Below the pieces are notes generated by a model. That model was not told the DNA's origin. It worked only from the letters and a program-made list of their open reading frames with translations, and made no database searches. A program made the translations under genes and the position numbers. A stretch of 40,549 nt of DNA. Origin: Escherichia coli. GTDB taxonomy: Bacteria > Pseudomonadota > Gammaproteobacteria > Enterobacterales > Enterobacteriaceae. The stretch lies in assembly GCF_003334765.1 (NCBI RefSeq), contig NZ_QOWT01000035.1, one strand, 5' to 3'. This document shows positions 1 through 9,817 of this stretch, piece by piece (position 1 is the stretch's first letter; every line of letters starts with the position of its first letter).

Positions 1-102
1 GCTGAACTGTTGCTGGAAGACTACAAAGCCTCCCTGAAATATCTCAGCGATCACCCGAAACTGCAGGGTATTGCCCAACAGAACAGCTTTAAACATACCT
101 GA
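1..102 (+). CDS. gadB: glutamate decarboxylase beta, 3' end only (N-terminus lies upstream of window)
   Basis: Frame 1 translation of 1..99 reads [33 protein letters not shown] followed by TGA at 100-102, matching the GadB C-terminus as I recall it; gadC follows immediately. Confidence 0.85.
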
Positions 103-257
103 TAACGTTTAACGGTAACGGTGTCCCGAAACGAACCCGTTTCGGGACAATTTCCAAAGTCTGTTCACTGGCATTAGCAACGGAAAGTATTGTTCTGAAT
201 ACGCTTCAGAACAAAACAGGTGCGGTTCCGACAGGAATACCGTTTTAGGGGGATAAT

Positions 258-1793
258 ATGGCTACATCAGTACAGACAGGTAAAGCTAAGCAGCTCACAT
301 TACTTGGATTCTTTGCCATAACGGCATCGATGGTAATGGCTGTTTATGAATACCCTACCTTCGCAACATCGGGCTTTTCATTAGTCTTCTTCCTGCTATT
401 AGGCGGGATTTTATGGTTTATTCCCGTGGGACTTTGTGCTGCGGAAATGGCCACCGTCGACGGCTGGGAAGAAGGTGGTGTCTTCGCCTGGGTATCAAAT
501 ACTCTGGGGCCGAGATGGGGATTTGCAGCGATCTCATTTGGCTATCTGCAAATCGCCATTGGTTTTATTCCGATGCTCTATTTCGTGTTAGGGGCACTCT
601 CCTACATCCTGAAATGGCCAGCGCTGAATGAAGACCCCATTACCAAAACTATTGCAGCACTCATCATTCTTTGGGCGCTGGCATTAACGCAGTTTGGTGG
701 CACGAAATACACGGCGCGAATTGCTAAAGTTGGCTTCTTCGCCGGTATCCTGTTACCTGCATTTATTTTGATCGCATTAGCGGCTATTTATCTGCACTCC
801 GGTGCCCCCGTTGCTATCGAAATGGATTCGAAGACCTTCTTCCCTGACTTCTCTAAAGTGGGCACCCTGGTAGTATTTGTTGCCTTCATTTTGAGTTATA
901 TGGGCGTAGAAGCATCCGCAACCCACGTCAATGAAATGAGCAACCCAGGGCGCGACTATCCGTTGGCTATGTTACTGCTGATGGTGGCGGCAATCTGCTT
1001 AAGCTCTGTTGGTGGTTTGTCTATTGCGATGGTCATTCCGGGTAATGAAATCAACCTCTCCGCAGGGGTAATGCAAACCTTTACCGTTCTGATGTCCCAT
1101 GTGGCACCAGAAATTGAGTGGACGGTTCGCGTGATCTCCGCACTGCTGTTGCTGGGTGTTCTGGCGGAAATCGCCTCCTGGATTGTTGGTCCTTCTCGCG
1201 GGATGTATGTCACAGCGCAGAAAAACCTGCTGCCAGCGGCATTCGCTAAAATGAACAAAAATGGCGTACCGGTAACGCTGGTCATTTCGCAGCTGGTGAT
1301 TACGTCTATCGCGTTGATCATCCTCACCAATACCGGTGGCGGTAACAACATGTCCTTCCTGATCGCACTGGCGCTGACGGTGGTGATTTATCTGTGTGCT
1401 TATTTCATGCTGTTTATTGGCTACATTGTGTTGGTTCTTAAACATCCTGACTTAAAACGCACATTTAATATCCCTGGTGGTAAAGGGGTGAAACTGGTCG
1501 TGGCAATTGTCGGTCTGCTGACTTCAATTATGGCGTTTATTGTTTCCTTCCTGCCGCCGGATAACATCCAGGGTGATTCTACCGATATGTATGTTGAATT
1601 ACTGGTTGTTAGTTTCCTGGTGGTACTTGCCCTGCCCTTTATTCTCTATGCTGTTCATGATCGTAAAGGCAAAGCAAATACCGGCGTCACTCTGGAGCCA
1701 ATCAACAGTCAGAACGCACCAAAAGGTCACTTCTTCCTGCACCCGCGTGCACGTTCACCACACTATATTGTGATGAATGACAAGAAACACTAA
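258..1793 (+). CDS. gadC: glutamate:GABA antiporter (APC family), 511 aa
   Basis: 511-aa ORF with multiple hydrophobic transmembrane segments, recognised as GadC; GGG RBS-like sequence just upstream of ATG; located directly downstream of the gadB 3' end. Confidence 0.95.
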   Translation: MATSVQTGKAKQLTLLGFFAITASMVMAVYEYPTFATSGFSLVFFLLLGGILWFIPVGLCAAEMATVDGWEEGGVFAWVSNTLGPRWGFAAISFGYLQIAIGFIPMLYFVLGALSYILKWPALNEDPITKTIAALIILWALALTQFGGTKYTARIAKVGFFAGILLPAFILIALAAIYLHSGAPVAIEMDSKTFFPDFSKVGTLVVFVAFILSYMGVEASATHVNEMSNPGRDYPLAMLLLMVAAICLSSVGGLSIAMVIPGNEINLSAGVMQTFTVLMSHVAPEIEWTVRVISALLLLGVLAEIASWIVGPSRGMYVTAQKNLLPAAFAKMNKNGVPVTLVISQLVITSIALIILTNTGGGNNMSFLIALALTVVIYLCAYFMLFIGYIVLVLKHPDLKRTFNIPGGKGVKLVVAIVGLLTSIMAFIVSFLPPDNIQGDSTDMYVELLVVSFLVVLALPFILYAVHDRKGKANTGVTLEPINSQNAPKGHFFLHPRARSPHYIVMNDKKH

Positions 1794-1818
1794 CCATGTC
1801 TGAATGGTTATAAGACAA

Positions 1819-1846
1819 GGGAGCGATAATTCATCGCTCCCTTTTT
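1819..1846 (+). terminator. rho-independent terminator downstream of gadC
   Basis: Perfect 9-bp inverted repeat GGGAGCGAT / ATCGCTCCC with 5-nt loop followed by TTTTT, 26 bp after the gadC stop. Confidence 0.75.
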
Positions 1847-1923
1847 CGTGCTTGCTGTCGTATTGACTTAACGGGGATAAGTACGAGAATGAGCGCACAT
1901 CTGTTTACCGGAAACCAGCACAT

Positions 1924-3243
1924 ATGGATATCTGCTCCCGAAACAAGAAATTAACGATTAGAAGACCAGCGATACTAGTTGCACTGGCACTTTTACTGTG
2001 TAGTTGTAAAAGCACGCCTCCAGAGTCCATGGTGACACCACCAGCAGGTTCAAAGCCACCAGCCACGACGCAACAATCGTCACAACCGATGCGTGGCATC
2101 TGGCTGGCCACGGTTTCTCGGCTCGACTGGCCACCGGTTTCCTCGGTTAACATTAGTAACCCCACCAGCCGGGCCCGTGTACAACAACAGGCGATGATCG
2201 ACAAACTGGATCATCTGCAACGTCTCGGCATAAACACGGTCTTTTTCCAGGTCAAGCCGGACGGTACCGCCCTGTGGCCATCGAAAATTTTGCCGTGGTC
2301 CGATCTTATGACCGGTAAGATTGGTGAAAATCCGGGTTACGATCCGCTGCAATTTATGCTCGACGAAGCCCACAAGCGTGGGATGAAAGTACACGCCTGG
2401 TTTAACCCCTATCGCGTATCGGTTAATACGAAGCCCAGTACTATCAGGGAACTGAATAGCACTCTGTCTCAACAACCGGCGAGCGTCTATGTGCAACACC
2501 GCGACTGGATCAGAACGTCTGGCGATCGCTTTGTCCTCGACCCGGGCATCCCTGAGGTTCAGGACTGGATCACATCAATAGTCGCAGAAGTGGTTTCCCG
2601 CTATCCCGTAGATGGCGTGCAGTTTGACGACTATTTCTATACGGAGTCACCGGGTTCACGGCTAAATGATAACGAAACGTACCGTAAATACGGAGGCGCA
2701 TTTGCGTCAAAAGCAGACTGGCGGCGCAACAATACTCAGCAGTTAATTGCAAAGGTATCGCACACCATTAAAAGCATTAAGCCGGGAGTCGAATTTGGTG
2801 TTAGCCCGGCAGGCGTGTGGCGTAACCGATCACACGATCCGCTCGGTTCCGATACCCGAGGCGCGGCAGCCTATGACGAATCCTACGCTGACACCCGTCG
2901 ATGGGTGGAACAAGGATTGCTGGATTACATTGCTCCCCAAATTTACTGGCCGTTCTCACGGAGTGCCGCGCGTTATGACGTGTTGGCAAAATGGTGGGCG
3001 GATGTCGTTAAACCGACCAGGACCCGCCTGTATATCGGTATCGCCTTCTATAAAGTGGGTGAACCTTCAAAGATAGAGCCAGACTGGATGATTAACGGCG
3101 GCGTACCGGAACTGAAAAAGCAGCTCGATCTTAACGATGCTGTGCCCGAAATTAGCGGCACCATCTTGTTCCGTGAGGACTATCTGAATAAACCGCAGAC
3201 TCAACAAGCGGTCAGCTATCTGCAAAGTCGCTGGGGCAGTTAA
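1924..3243 (+). CDS. yddW: glycoside-hydrolase-like lipoprotein YddW (DigH), 439 aa
   Basis: 439-aa ORF with an N-terminal signal sequence ending in a Cys-containing lipobox-like motif (LALLLCSC); recognised as YddW; position between gadC and dosC as in K-12. Confidence 0.88.
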   Translation: MDICSRNKKLTIRRPAILVALALLLCSCKSTPPESMVTPPAGSKPPATTQQSSQPMRGIWLATVSRLDWPPVSSVNISNPTSRARVQQQAMIDKLDHLQRLGINTVFFQVKPDGTALWPSKILPWSDLMTGKIGENPGYDPLQFMLDEAHKRGMKVHAWFNPYRVSVNTKPSTIRELNSTLSQQPASVYVQHRDWIRTSGDRFVLDPGIPEVQDWITSIVAEVVSRYPVDGVQFDDYFYTESPGSRLNDNETYRKYGGAFASKADWRRNNTQQLIAKVSHTIKSIKPGVEFGVSPAGVWRNRSHDPLGSDTRGAAAYDESYADTRRWVEQGLLDYIAPQIYWPFSRSAARYDVLAKWWADVVKPTRTRLYIGIAFYKVGEPSKIEPDWMINGGVPELKKQLDLNDAVPEISGTILFREDYLNKPQTQQAVSYLQSRWGS

Positions 3244-3606
3244 ACTCCCATTCTTACTTTGTAACAAGCCGGTGCTTTACCCACCGGCTTGTTACCCTCT
3301 TAAACTATCCCACTAATAATCATGCTTACTTAAGTCAAATTAACCACACTTAGTTAAACAGCCATAAATCCCTAATAAAAATGTATGAATATGAAAAACC
3401 ATACGATATTCGCTGTCACCGAAAAATAATTACGATGGGCTATACTCTTCTGAAGAACAGTAGCGTAGATTGAAACTGTCCTAAATCGCTTATTTCTTTT
3501 CAGTATATCTTCATATTTCAGGAGAATATGGTGCAGTTAGTCGATCTCGCACGTTGCGTTTCATTTTGATTCCGTCTGATTTCCCAGCCTTATAAGGGTG
3601 TGAATT

Positions 3607-4989
3607 ATGGAGATGTATTTTAAAAGAATGAAAGATGAGTGGACCGGACTTGTCGAACAGGCAGATCCGCCCATTCGTGCTAAAGCCGCGGAAATTGCCG
3701 TTGCGCATGCTCATTATCTGAGTATCGAGTTTTATCGAATTGTCCGCATCGACCCGCATGCCGAAGAATTCTTGAGTAATGAACAAGTTGAGCGGCAGTT
3801 GAAGAGTGCGATGGAACGCTGGATTATTAACGTGCTTTCTGCCCAGGTTGACGATGTCGAAAGGCTAATACAAATCCAGCATACCGTCGCGGAAGTGCAT
3901 GCCCGCATAGGAATTCCGGTAGAAATTGTCGAGATGGGGTTTCGGGTGCTGAAAAAAATCCTCTATCCGGTGATCTTCTCTTCGGATTATTCCGCCGCAG
4001 AAAAACTTCAGGTCTACCATTTCTCGATTAACAGTATTGATATCGCGATGGAAGTGATGACTCGCGCGTTTACCTTTAGTGACAGTAGTGCCTCAAAGGA
4101 AGATGAAAACTATCGTATCTTCTCGTTACTGGAAAACGCCGAAGAAGAAAAAGAACGGCAAATAGCCTCAATACTTTCATGGGAAATAGATATTATCTAT
4201 AAAATCCTGCTGGATTCTGATTTAGGCAGTAGTTTGCCTTTAAGCCAGGCTGATTTTGGCCTGTGGTTTAACCATAAAGGTCGACATTATTTTAGTGGTA
4301 TTGCCGAAGTAGGCCATATCTCCCGTCTGATTCAGGATTTCGACGGTATTTTCAATCAAACCATGCGTAACACCAGAAATTTGAATAACAGAAGTCTGCG
4401 GGTGAAATTTTTATTACAGATAAGAAATACCGTATCGCAAATTATTACCTTGCTGCGTGAATTGTTTGAAGAAGTATCGCGCCACGAAGTCGGTATGGAT
4501 GTACTGACGAAATTACTTAACCGCCGTTTCCTACCGACTATCTTCAAACGCGAAATTGCCCATGCCAACCGGACCGGTACACCGCTGTCAGTGCTGATTA
4601 TTGACGTTGATAAATTCAAAGAGATCAACGATACGTGGGGCCATAACACTGGTGATGAAATTCTGCGTAAAGTCTCTCAGGCCTTTTATGACAACGTCCG
4701 CAGTAGTGATTATGTTTTCCGCTACGGGGGCGATGAATTTATCATTGTTTTGACTGAAGCTTCTGAAAACGAAACGTTACGTACCGCAGAACGTATTCGC
4801 AGTCGGGTGGAGAAAACCAAACTGAAAGCCGCAAACGGCGAAGATATTGCCCTCTCACTTTCCATCGGTGCCGCCATGTTTAATGGTCATCCTGACTATG
4901 AGCGCCTCATTCAAATAGCCGATGAAGCTCTGTATATCGCCAAAAGACGAGGTAGAAACCGTGTTGAACTCTGGAAAGCCAGTCTTTAG
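3607..4989 (+). CDS. dosC: globin-coupled diguanylate cyclase (O2 sensor), 460 aa
   Basis: 460-aa ORF; C-terminal GGDEF domain with RYGGDEF motif visible in translation; recognised as DosC (YddV). Confidence 0.93.
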   Translation: MEMYFKRMKDEWTGLVEQADPPIRAKAAEIAVAHAHYLSIEFYRIVRIDPHAEEFLSNEQVERQLKSAMERWIINVLSAQVDDVERLIQIQHTVAEVHARIGIPVEIVEMGFRVLKKILYPVIFSSDYSAAEKLQVYHFSINSIDIAMEVMTRAFTFSDSSASKEDENYRIFSLLENAEEEKERQIASILSWEIDIIYKILLDSDLGSSLPLSQADFGLWFNHKGRHYFSGIAEVGHISRLIQDFDGIFNQTMRNTRNLNNRSLRVKFLLQIRNTVSQIITLLRELFEEVSRHEVGMDVLTKLLNRRFLPTIFKREIAHANRTGTPLSVLIIDVDKFKEINDTWGHNTGDEILRKVSQAFYDNVRSSDYVFRYGGDEFIIVLTEASENETLRTAERIRSRVEKTKLKAANGEDIALSLSIGAAMFNGHPDYERLIQIADEALYIAKRRGRNRVELWKASL

Positions 4990-5013
4990 ATGCGCCAGGA
5001 TGCAGAGGTAATC

Positions 5014-7413
5014 ATGAAGCTAACCGATGCGGATAATGCCGCCGATGGCATTTTTTTCCCCGCCCTTGAGCAAAATATGATGGGTGCGGTGTTAATTAAC
5101 GAAAATGATGAAGTGATGTTTTTCAACCCCGCCGCAGAGAAGCTCTGGGGATACAAACGTGAAGAAGTCATTGGCAATAACATTGATATGCTGATTCCGC
5201 GGGATTTGCGTCCTGCGCATCCTGAATACATTCGTCACAACCGTGAAGGCGGTAAAGCGCGTGTTGAGGGGATGAGTCGGGAGCTGCAGCTGGAGAAAAA
5301 AGACGGCAGTAAAATCTGGACCCGTTTTGCGCTATCGAAAGTGAGCGCCGAGGGGAAAGTTTATTACCTGGCGCTGGTACGGGATGCCAGCGTAGAAATG
5401 GCGCAAAAAGAACAGACCCGACAATTGATTATTGCCGTTGACCATCTCGACCGACCGGTGATTGTCCTCGATCCGGAACGCCATATTGTGCAGTGCAATC
5501 GCGCATTTACCGAAATGTTTGGTTACTGCATTAGCGAAGCCAGCGGTATGCAGCCCGATACACTCCTGAACATTCCTGAATTCCCTGCCGATAACCGCAT
5601 TCGTTTACAACAGTTGCTATGGAAAACCGCCCGCGATCAGGACGAATTTCTGCTGTTGACGCGCACCGGTGAAAAAATCTGGATTAAAGCCTCTATCAGC
5701 CCGGTTTATGACGTGCTCGCGCATCTGCAGAACCTGGTAATGACTTTCTCGGATATCACCGAAGAACGGCAGATTCGCCAGCTTGAAGGCAATATTCTCG
5801 CCGCCATGTGCAGCAGCCCGCCATTTCATGAAATGGGGGAAATCATTTGTCGTAACATCGAATCTGTACTCAACGAATCGCATGTTTCGCTGTTCGCACT
5901 GCGCAACGGGATGCCGATACACTGGGCGTCATCTTCCCACGGTGCAGAAATTCAAAATGCGCAAAGCTGGTCAGCGACCATTCGTCAGCGTGATGGCGCG
6001 CCTGCGGGGATCCTGCAAATTAAAACCTCGTCAGGAGCAGAAACCAGCGCCTTTATCGAACGCGTGGCAGATATCAGCCAGCATATGGCCGCGCTGGCGC
6101 TGGAACAGGAAAAAAGCCGTCAGCATATTGAACAACTCATCCAATTTGATCCGATGACCGGTCTGCCAAATCGCAATAACCTGCACAATTACCTCGATGA
6201 CCTGGTCGACAAAGCCGTCTCTCCCGTGGTGTATCTCATCGGTGTTGACCATATTCAGGATGTGATTGATAGCCTTGGCTATGCGTGGGCCGATCAGGCA
6301 TTGCTGGAAGTGGTCAATCGCTTTCGTGAAAAACTCAAACCGGATCAGTATCTCTGTCGTATCGAAGGTACGCAGTTTGTCCTCGTGAGCCTCGAAAACG
6401 ACGTCAGTAACATTACCCAAATCGCCGATGAGCTACGGAATGTGGTCAGCAAGCCGATAATGATTGACGATAAACCCTTCCCGCTTACCTTGAGTATTGG
6501 CATCAGCTACGACCTGGGTAAAAACCGCGATTACTTGCTCTCCACTGCTCACAATGCAATGGATTATATTCGCAAGAATGGCGGTAACGGCTGGCAGTTC
6601 TTCAGCCCGGCGATGAACGAAATGGTAAAAGAGCGTTTGGTTTTAGGCGCAGCGCTGAAAGAAGCGATTAGCAATAACCAACTGAAACTGGTTTACCAGC
6701 CGCAAATCTTCGCAGAAACGGGTGAACTGTACGGCATCGAAGCCCTTGCTCGCTGGCACGATCCCCTGCATGGTCATGTGCCCCCTTCACGGTTTATTCC
6801 TCTCGCAGAAGAGATTGGTGAAATCGAAAATATTGGGCGCTGGGTCATCGCGGAAGCTTGCCGTCAGTTAGCAGAATGGCGTAGCCAGAATATTCATATC
6901 CCGGCGTTATCCGTGAACTTGTCGGCGCTGCACTTTCGCAGTAATCAACTGCCTAATCAGGTGTCTGATGCAATGCACGCCTGGGGTATTGACGGCCACC
7001 AGCTGACGGTAGAAATCACGGAAAGCATGATGATGGAACACGATACCGAAATCTTTAAGCGCATTCAGATCCTGCGTGATATGGGCGTGGGCTTATCGGT
7101 AGATGATTTTGGTACGGGCTTTTCCGGATTATCCCGCTTAGTCAGTCTTCCGGTAACGGAAATCAAAATTGACAAAAGTTTTGTCGATCGTTGTCTGACC
7201 GAAAAACGCATCCTTGCCTTACTTGAAGCCATTACCAGCATTGGGCAAAGCCTCAATTTAACCGTCGTGGCGGAAGGCGTCGAAACCAAAGAGCAATTTG
7301 AGATGCTACGCAAGATCCACTGTCGCGTTATTCAGGGATATTTCTTTTCCCGCCCCCTACCCGCCGAAGAAATTCCAGGCTGGATGAGCAGCGTGTTACC
7401 GCTGAAAATCTGA
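5014..7413 (+). CDS. dosP: heme-PAS c-di-GMP phosphodiesterase (O2 sensor), 799 aa
   Basis: ORF track gives 4990..7413 (807 aa); the start is placed at the internal ATG (MKLTDADNAADGIFF...) to give the 799-aa length I recall for DosP. EAL motif (YGIEALARW) and a degenerate GGDEF region are visible. Start 25 nt after the dosC stop. Confidence 0.9.
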   Translation: MKLTDADNAADGIFFPALEQNMMGAVLINENDEVMFFNPAAEKLWGYKREEVIGNNIDMLIPRDLRPAHPEYIRHNREGGKARVEGMSRELQLEKKDGSKIWTRFALSKVSAEGKVYYLALVRDASVEMAQKEQTRQLIIAVDHLDRPVIVLDPERHIVQCNRAFTEMFGYCISEASGMQPDTLLNIPEFPADNRIRLQQLLWKTARDQDEFLLLTRTGEKIWIKASISPVYDVLAHLQNLVMTFSDITEERQIRQLEGNILAAMCSSPPFHEMGEIICRNIESVLNESHVSLFALRNGMPIHWASSSHGAEIQNAQSWSATIRQRDGAPAGILQIKTSSGAETSAFIERVADISQHMAALALEQEKSRQHIEQLIQFDPMTGLPNRNNLHNYLDDLVDKAVSPVVYLIGVDHIQDVIDSLGYAWADQALLEVVNRFREKLKPDQYLCRIEGTQFVLVSLENDVSNITQIADELRNVVSKPIMIDDKPFPLTLSIGISYDLGKNRDYLLSTAHNAMDYIRKNGGNGWQFFSPAMNEMVKERLVLGAALKEAISNNQLKLVYQPQIFAETGELYGIEALARWHDPLHGHVPPSRFIPLAEEIGEIENIGRWVIAEACRQLAEWRSQNIHIPALSVNLSALHFRSNQLPNQVSDAMHAWGIDGHQLTVEITESMMMEHDTEIFKRIQILRDMGVGLSVDDFGTGFSGLSRLVSLPVTEIKIDKSFVDRCLTEKRILALLEAITSIGQSLNLTVVAEGVETKEQFEMLRKIHCRVIQGYFFSRPLPAEEIPGWMSSVLPLKI

Positions 7414-7425
7414 CAAATTCCTCTC

Positions 7426-7449
7426 GCCCGCACTCGCGGGTTTTCATTT
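7426..7449 (+). terminator. rho-independent terminator downstream of dosP
   Basis: Inverted repeat CCCGC / GCGGG with short loop immediately followed by TTTTCATTT, starting 13 bp after the dosP stop. Confidence 0.65.
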
Positions 7450-7610
7450 AACGTGACACTGTCACTTAAATACTGTGATTTCAGCTACGATTCCGGGAGA
7501 TTCCTTCCTTAACTTCCCCTCTTGCACCAAAACTGCACTACGCTGCACAAATGTTGATCAAAAGTTAAAAAATATAACTTTAAGCCAGCATTCTGGCGCT
7601 TATCCCGGCA

Positions 7611-7626
7611 TGGCATGAGATCTGCA
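7611..7626 (+). promoter_or_regulatory. candidate sigma54 (-24/-12) promoter for ddpX operon
   Basis: TGGCATGAGATCTGCA matches the sigma54 consensus TGGCACG-N4-TTGCA with correct GG..GC spacing, about 45 bp upstream of the ddpX ATG; TGCAC repeats lie 65-90 bp further upstream. Confidence 0.55.
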
Positions 7627-7670
7627 TAAGCGGAAAGCGCAGCAATTTTTGTCTTATACAGGAACCGTTT

Positions 7671-8252
7671 ATGTCGGATACCACCGAACTGGTTGATTTA
7701 GCCGTAATCTTCCCTGATCTGGAGATCGAATTGAAATACGCCTGCGCTGATAACATCACAGGTAAAGCTATTTATCAGCAAGCGCGTTGTCTGTTACACA
7801 AGGATGCGATTACCGCGCTGGCGAAAAGTATCAGCATCGCCCAGCTGTCAGGGTTACAACTGGTGATTTACGATGCGTATCGCCCACAACAAGCACAGGC
7901 GATGTTGTGGCAAGCCTGCCCAGACCCGCAATATGTTGTTGATGTGACGGTCGGTTCTAATCACAGCCGTGGCACGGCGATCGACCTGACGCTTCGTGAT
8001 GAGCACGGGAACATCCTCGATATGGGCGCAGGGTTCGATGAAATGCACGAGCGCTCCCATGCCTATCACCCTTCCGTCCCGCCCGCCGCTCAGCGCAATC
8101 GGCTGTTGCTGAATGCGATAATGACTGGTGGCGGTTTTGTCGGTATCTCCAGCGAATGGTGGCACTTCGAATTACCCCAGGCAGCGAGTTACCCTCTGCT
8201 CGCTGATCAATTCTCTTGTTTTATATCCCCTGGCACACAGCACGTCAGTTAA
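7671..8252 (+). CDS. ddpX: D-Ala-D-Ala dipeptidase (VanX homologue), 193 aa
   Basis: 193-aa ORF recognised as DdpX; first gene of a six-gene cluster with an ABC dipeptide transporter downstream. Confidence 0.92.
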   Translation: MSDTTELVDLAVIFPDLEIELKYACADNITGKAIYQQARCLLHKDAITALAKSISIAQLSGLQLVIYDAYRPQQAQAMLWQACPDPQYVVDVTVGSNHSRGTAIDLTLRDEHGNILDMGAGFDEMHERSHAYHPSVPPAAQRNRLLLNAIMTGGGFVGISSEWWHFELPQAASYPLLADQFSCFISPGTQHVS

Positions 8253-8265
8253 TCAGGAAACTGTC

Positions 8266-9816
8266 ATGAAGAGATCGATATCGTTTCGTCCCACATTGCT
8301 CGCGCTCGTCCTTGCCACAAATTTCCCGGTTGCGCACGCCGCCGTACCAAAAGATATGCTGGTGATTGGTAAGGCCGCCGATCCACAAACCCTCGACCCG
8401 GCGGTAACAATAGATAATAACGACTGGACAGTGACCTACCCGTCTTATCAGCGGCTGGTTCAGTACAAAACGGACGGTGATAAAGGCTCAACCGACGTTG
8501 AAGGCGATCTGGCAAGTAGCTGGAAAGCGTCTGACGATCAAAAAGAGTGGACGTTCACCCTGAAAGATAATGCTAAATTTGCCGATGGCACACCTGTCAC
8601 TGCCGAAGCAGTAAAACTTTCTTTTGAGCGGCTACTAAAAATCGGCCAGGGGCCAGCAGAAGCATTTCCCAAAGATTTAAAGATTGATGCTCCCGACGAA
8701 CATACGGTGAAGTTTACCCTTAGCCAACCATTCGCACCGTTCCTCTACACGCTGGCGAATGACGGTGCATCCATTATCAATCCGGCGGTCTTAAAGGAAC
8801 ATGCAGCGGATGATGCTCGCGGCTTCCTCGCGCAAAATACCGCCGGTTCCGGACCATTTATGCTGAAAAGCTGGCAAAAAGGTCAGCAATTAGTTCTGGT
8901 GCCAAATCCGCATTACCCAGGCAATAAACCGAACTTCAAACGGGTATCGGTAAAAATTATTGGTGAAAGTGCCTCCCGTCGCCTGCAGCTCTCCCGTGGC
9001 GACATTGACATTGCCGATGCGCTGCCGGTGGATCAACTCAACGCCCTGAAGCAGGAAAATAAAGTCAATGTGGCAGAGTATCCGTCACTGCGCGTTACCT
9101 ATCTGTATCTGAATAACAGCAAAGCGCCTCTTAATCAGGCGGATCTGCGTCGGGCCATTTCCTGGTCTACCGATTATCAGGGCATGGTTAACGGCATTCT
9201 GAGTGGTAACGGAAAACAGATGCGCGGCCCGATTCCGGAAGGCATGTGGGGCTACGATGCGACGGCAATGCAATACAACCATGACGAAACGAAAGCCAAA
9301 GCCGAATGGGATAAAGTGACGAGCAAACCCACCAGCCTGACGTTTCTCTACTCCGATAACGATCCGAACTGGGAGCCTATTGCTCTGGCGACACAATCCA
9401 GTCTCAACAAGCTGGGCATCATTGTGAAGCTGGAAAAGCTGGCGAACGCCACCATGCGCGACAGAGTGGGTAAAGGTGATTACGACATTGCGATTGGCAA
9501 CTGGAGTCCGGATTTTGCCGACCCGTATATGTTTATGAATTACTGGTTTGAGTCAGACAAAAAAGGTCTGCCGGGTAACCGCTCGTTCTATGAAAACAGT
9601 GAGGTCGATAAGTTACTGCGCAATGCGCTTGCGACCACCGACCAGACGCAGCGTACCCGGGACTACCAGCAGGCACAGAAAATCGTCATTGATGACGCTG
9701 CTTATGTGTACCTGTTCCAGAAAAACTACCAACTGGCGATGAACAAAGAGGTGAAAGGCTTTGTGTTCAATCCCATGCTGGAACAGGTCTTCAATATCAA
9801 TACCATGAGTAAATAA
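8266..9816 (+). CDS. ddpA: periplasmic substrate-binding protein of D,D-dipeptide ABC transporter, 516 aa
   Basis: ORF track gives 8128..9816 overlapping ddpX; start placed at the internal ATG giving MKRSISFRPTLLALVLATNFPVAHA signal peptide and the recalled 516-aa length. Confidence 0.9.
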   Translation: MKRSISFRPTLLALVLATNFPVAHAAVPKDMLVIGKAADPQTLDPAVTIDNNDWTVTYPSYQRLVQYKTDGDKGSTDVEGDLASSWKASDDQKEWTFTLKDNAKFADGTPVTAEAVKLSFERLLKIGQGPAEAFPKDLKIDAPDEHTVKFTLSQPFAPFLYTLANDGASIINPAVLKEHAADDARGFLAQNTAGSGPFMLKSWQKGQQLVLVPNPHYPGNKPNFKRVSVKIIGESASRRLQLSRGDIDIADALPVDQLNALKQENKVNVAEYPSLRVTYLYLNNSKAPLNQADLRRAISWSTDYQGMVNGILSGNGKQMRGPIPEGMWGYDATAMQYNHDETKAKAEWDKVTSKPTSLTFLYSDNDPNWEPIALATQSSLNKLGIIVKLEKLANATMRDRVGKGDYDIAIGNWSPDFADPYMFMNYWFESDKKGLPGNRSFYENSEVDKLLRNALATTDQTQRTRDYQQAQKIVIDDAAYVYLFQKNYQLAMNKEVKGFVFNPMLEQVFNINTMSK

Positions 9817-9817
9817 C

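Noticed and set aside
999-1445. 148-aa minus-strand ORF inside gadC
   Set aside because: Antisense to a confidently identified transporter gene; His/Arg/Gln-rich translation without features.
3511-3786. 91-aa minus-strand ORF overlapping the dosC start region
   Set aside because: Overlaps the dosC 5' end and promoter region on the opposite strand; no RBS or recognisable features.
4990-5013. N-terminal 8-codon extension of dosP from the first ATG in the ORF
   Set aside because: The recalled 799-aa DosP begins at MKLTDADN; the upstream ATG overlaps the dosC stop and lacks a better RBS. The longer form cannot be excluded without experimental data.
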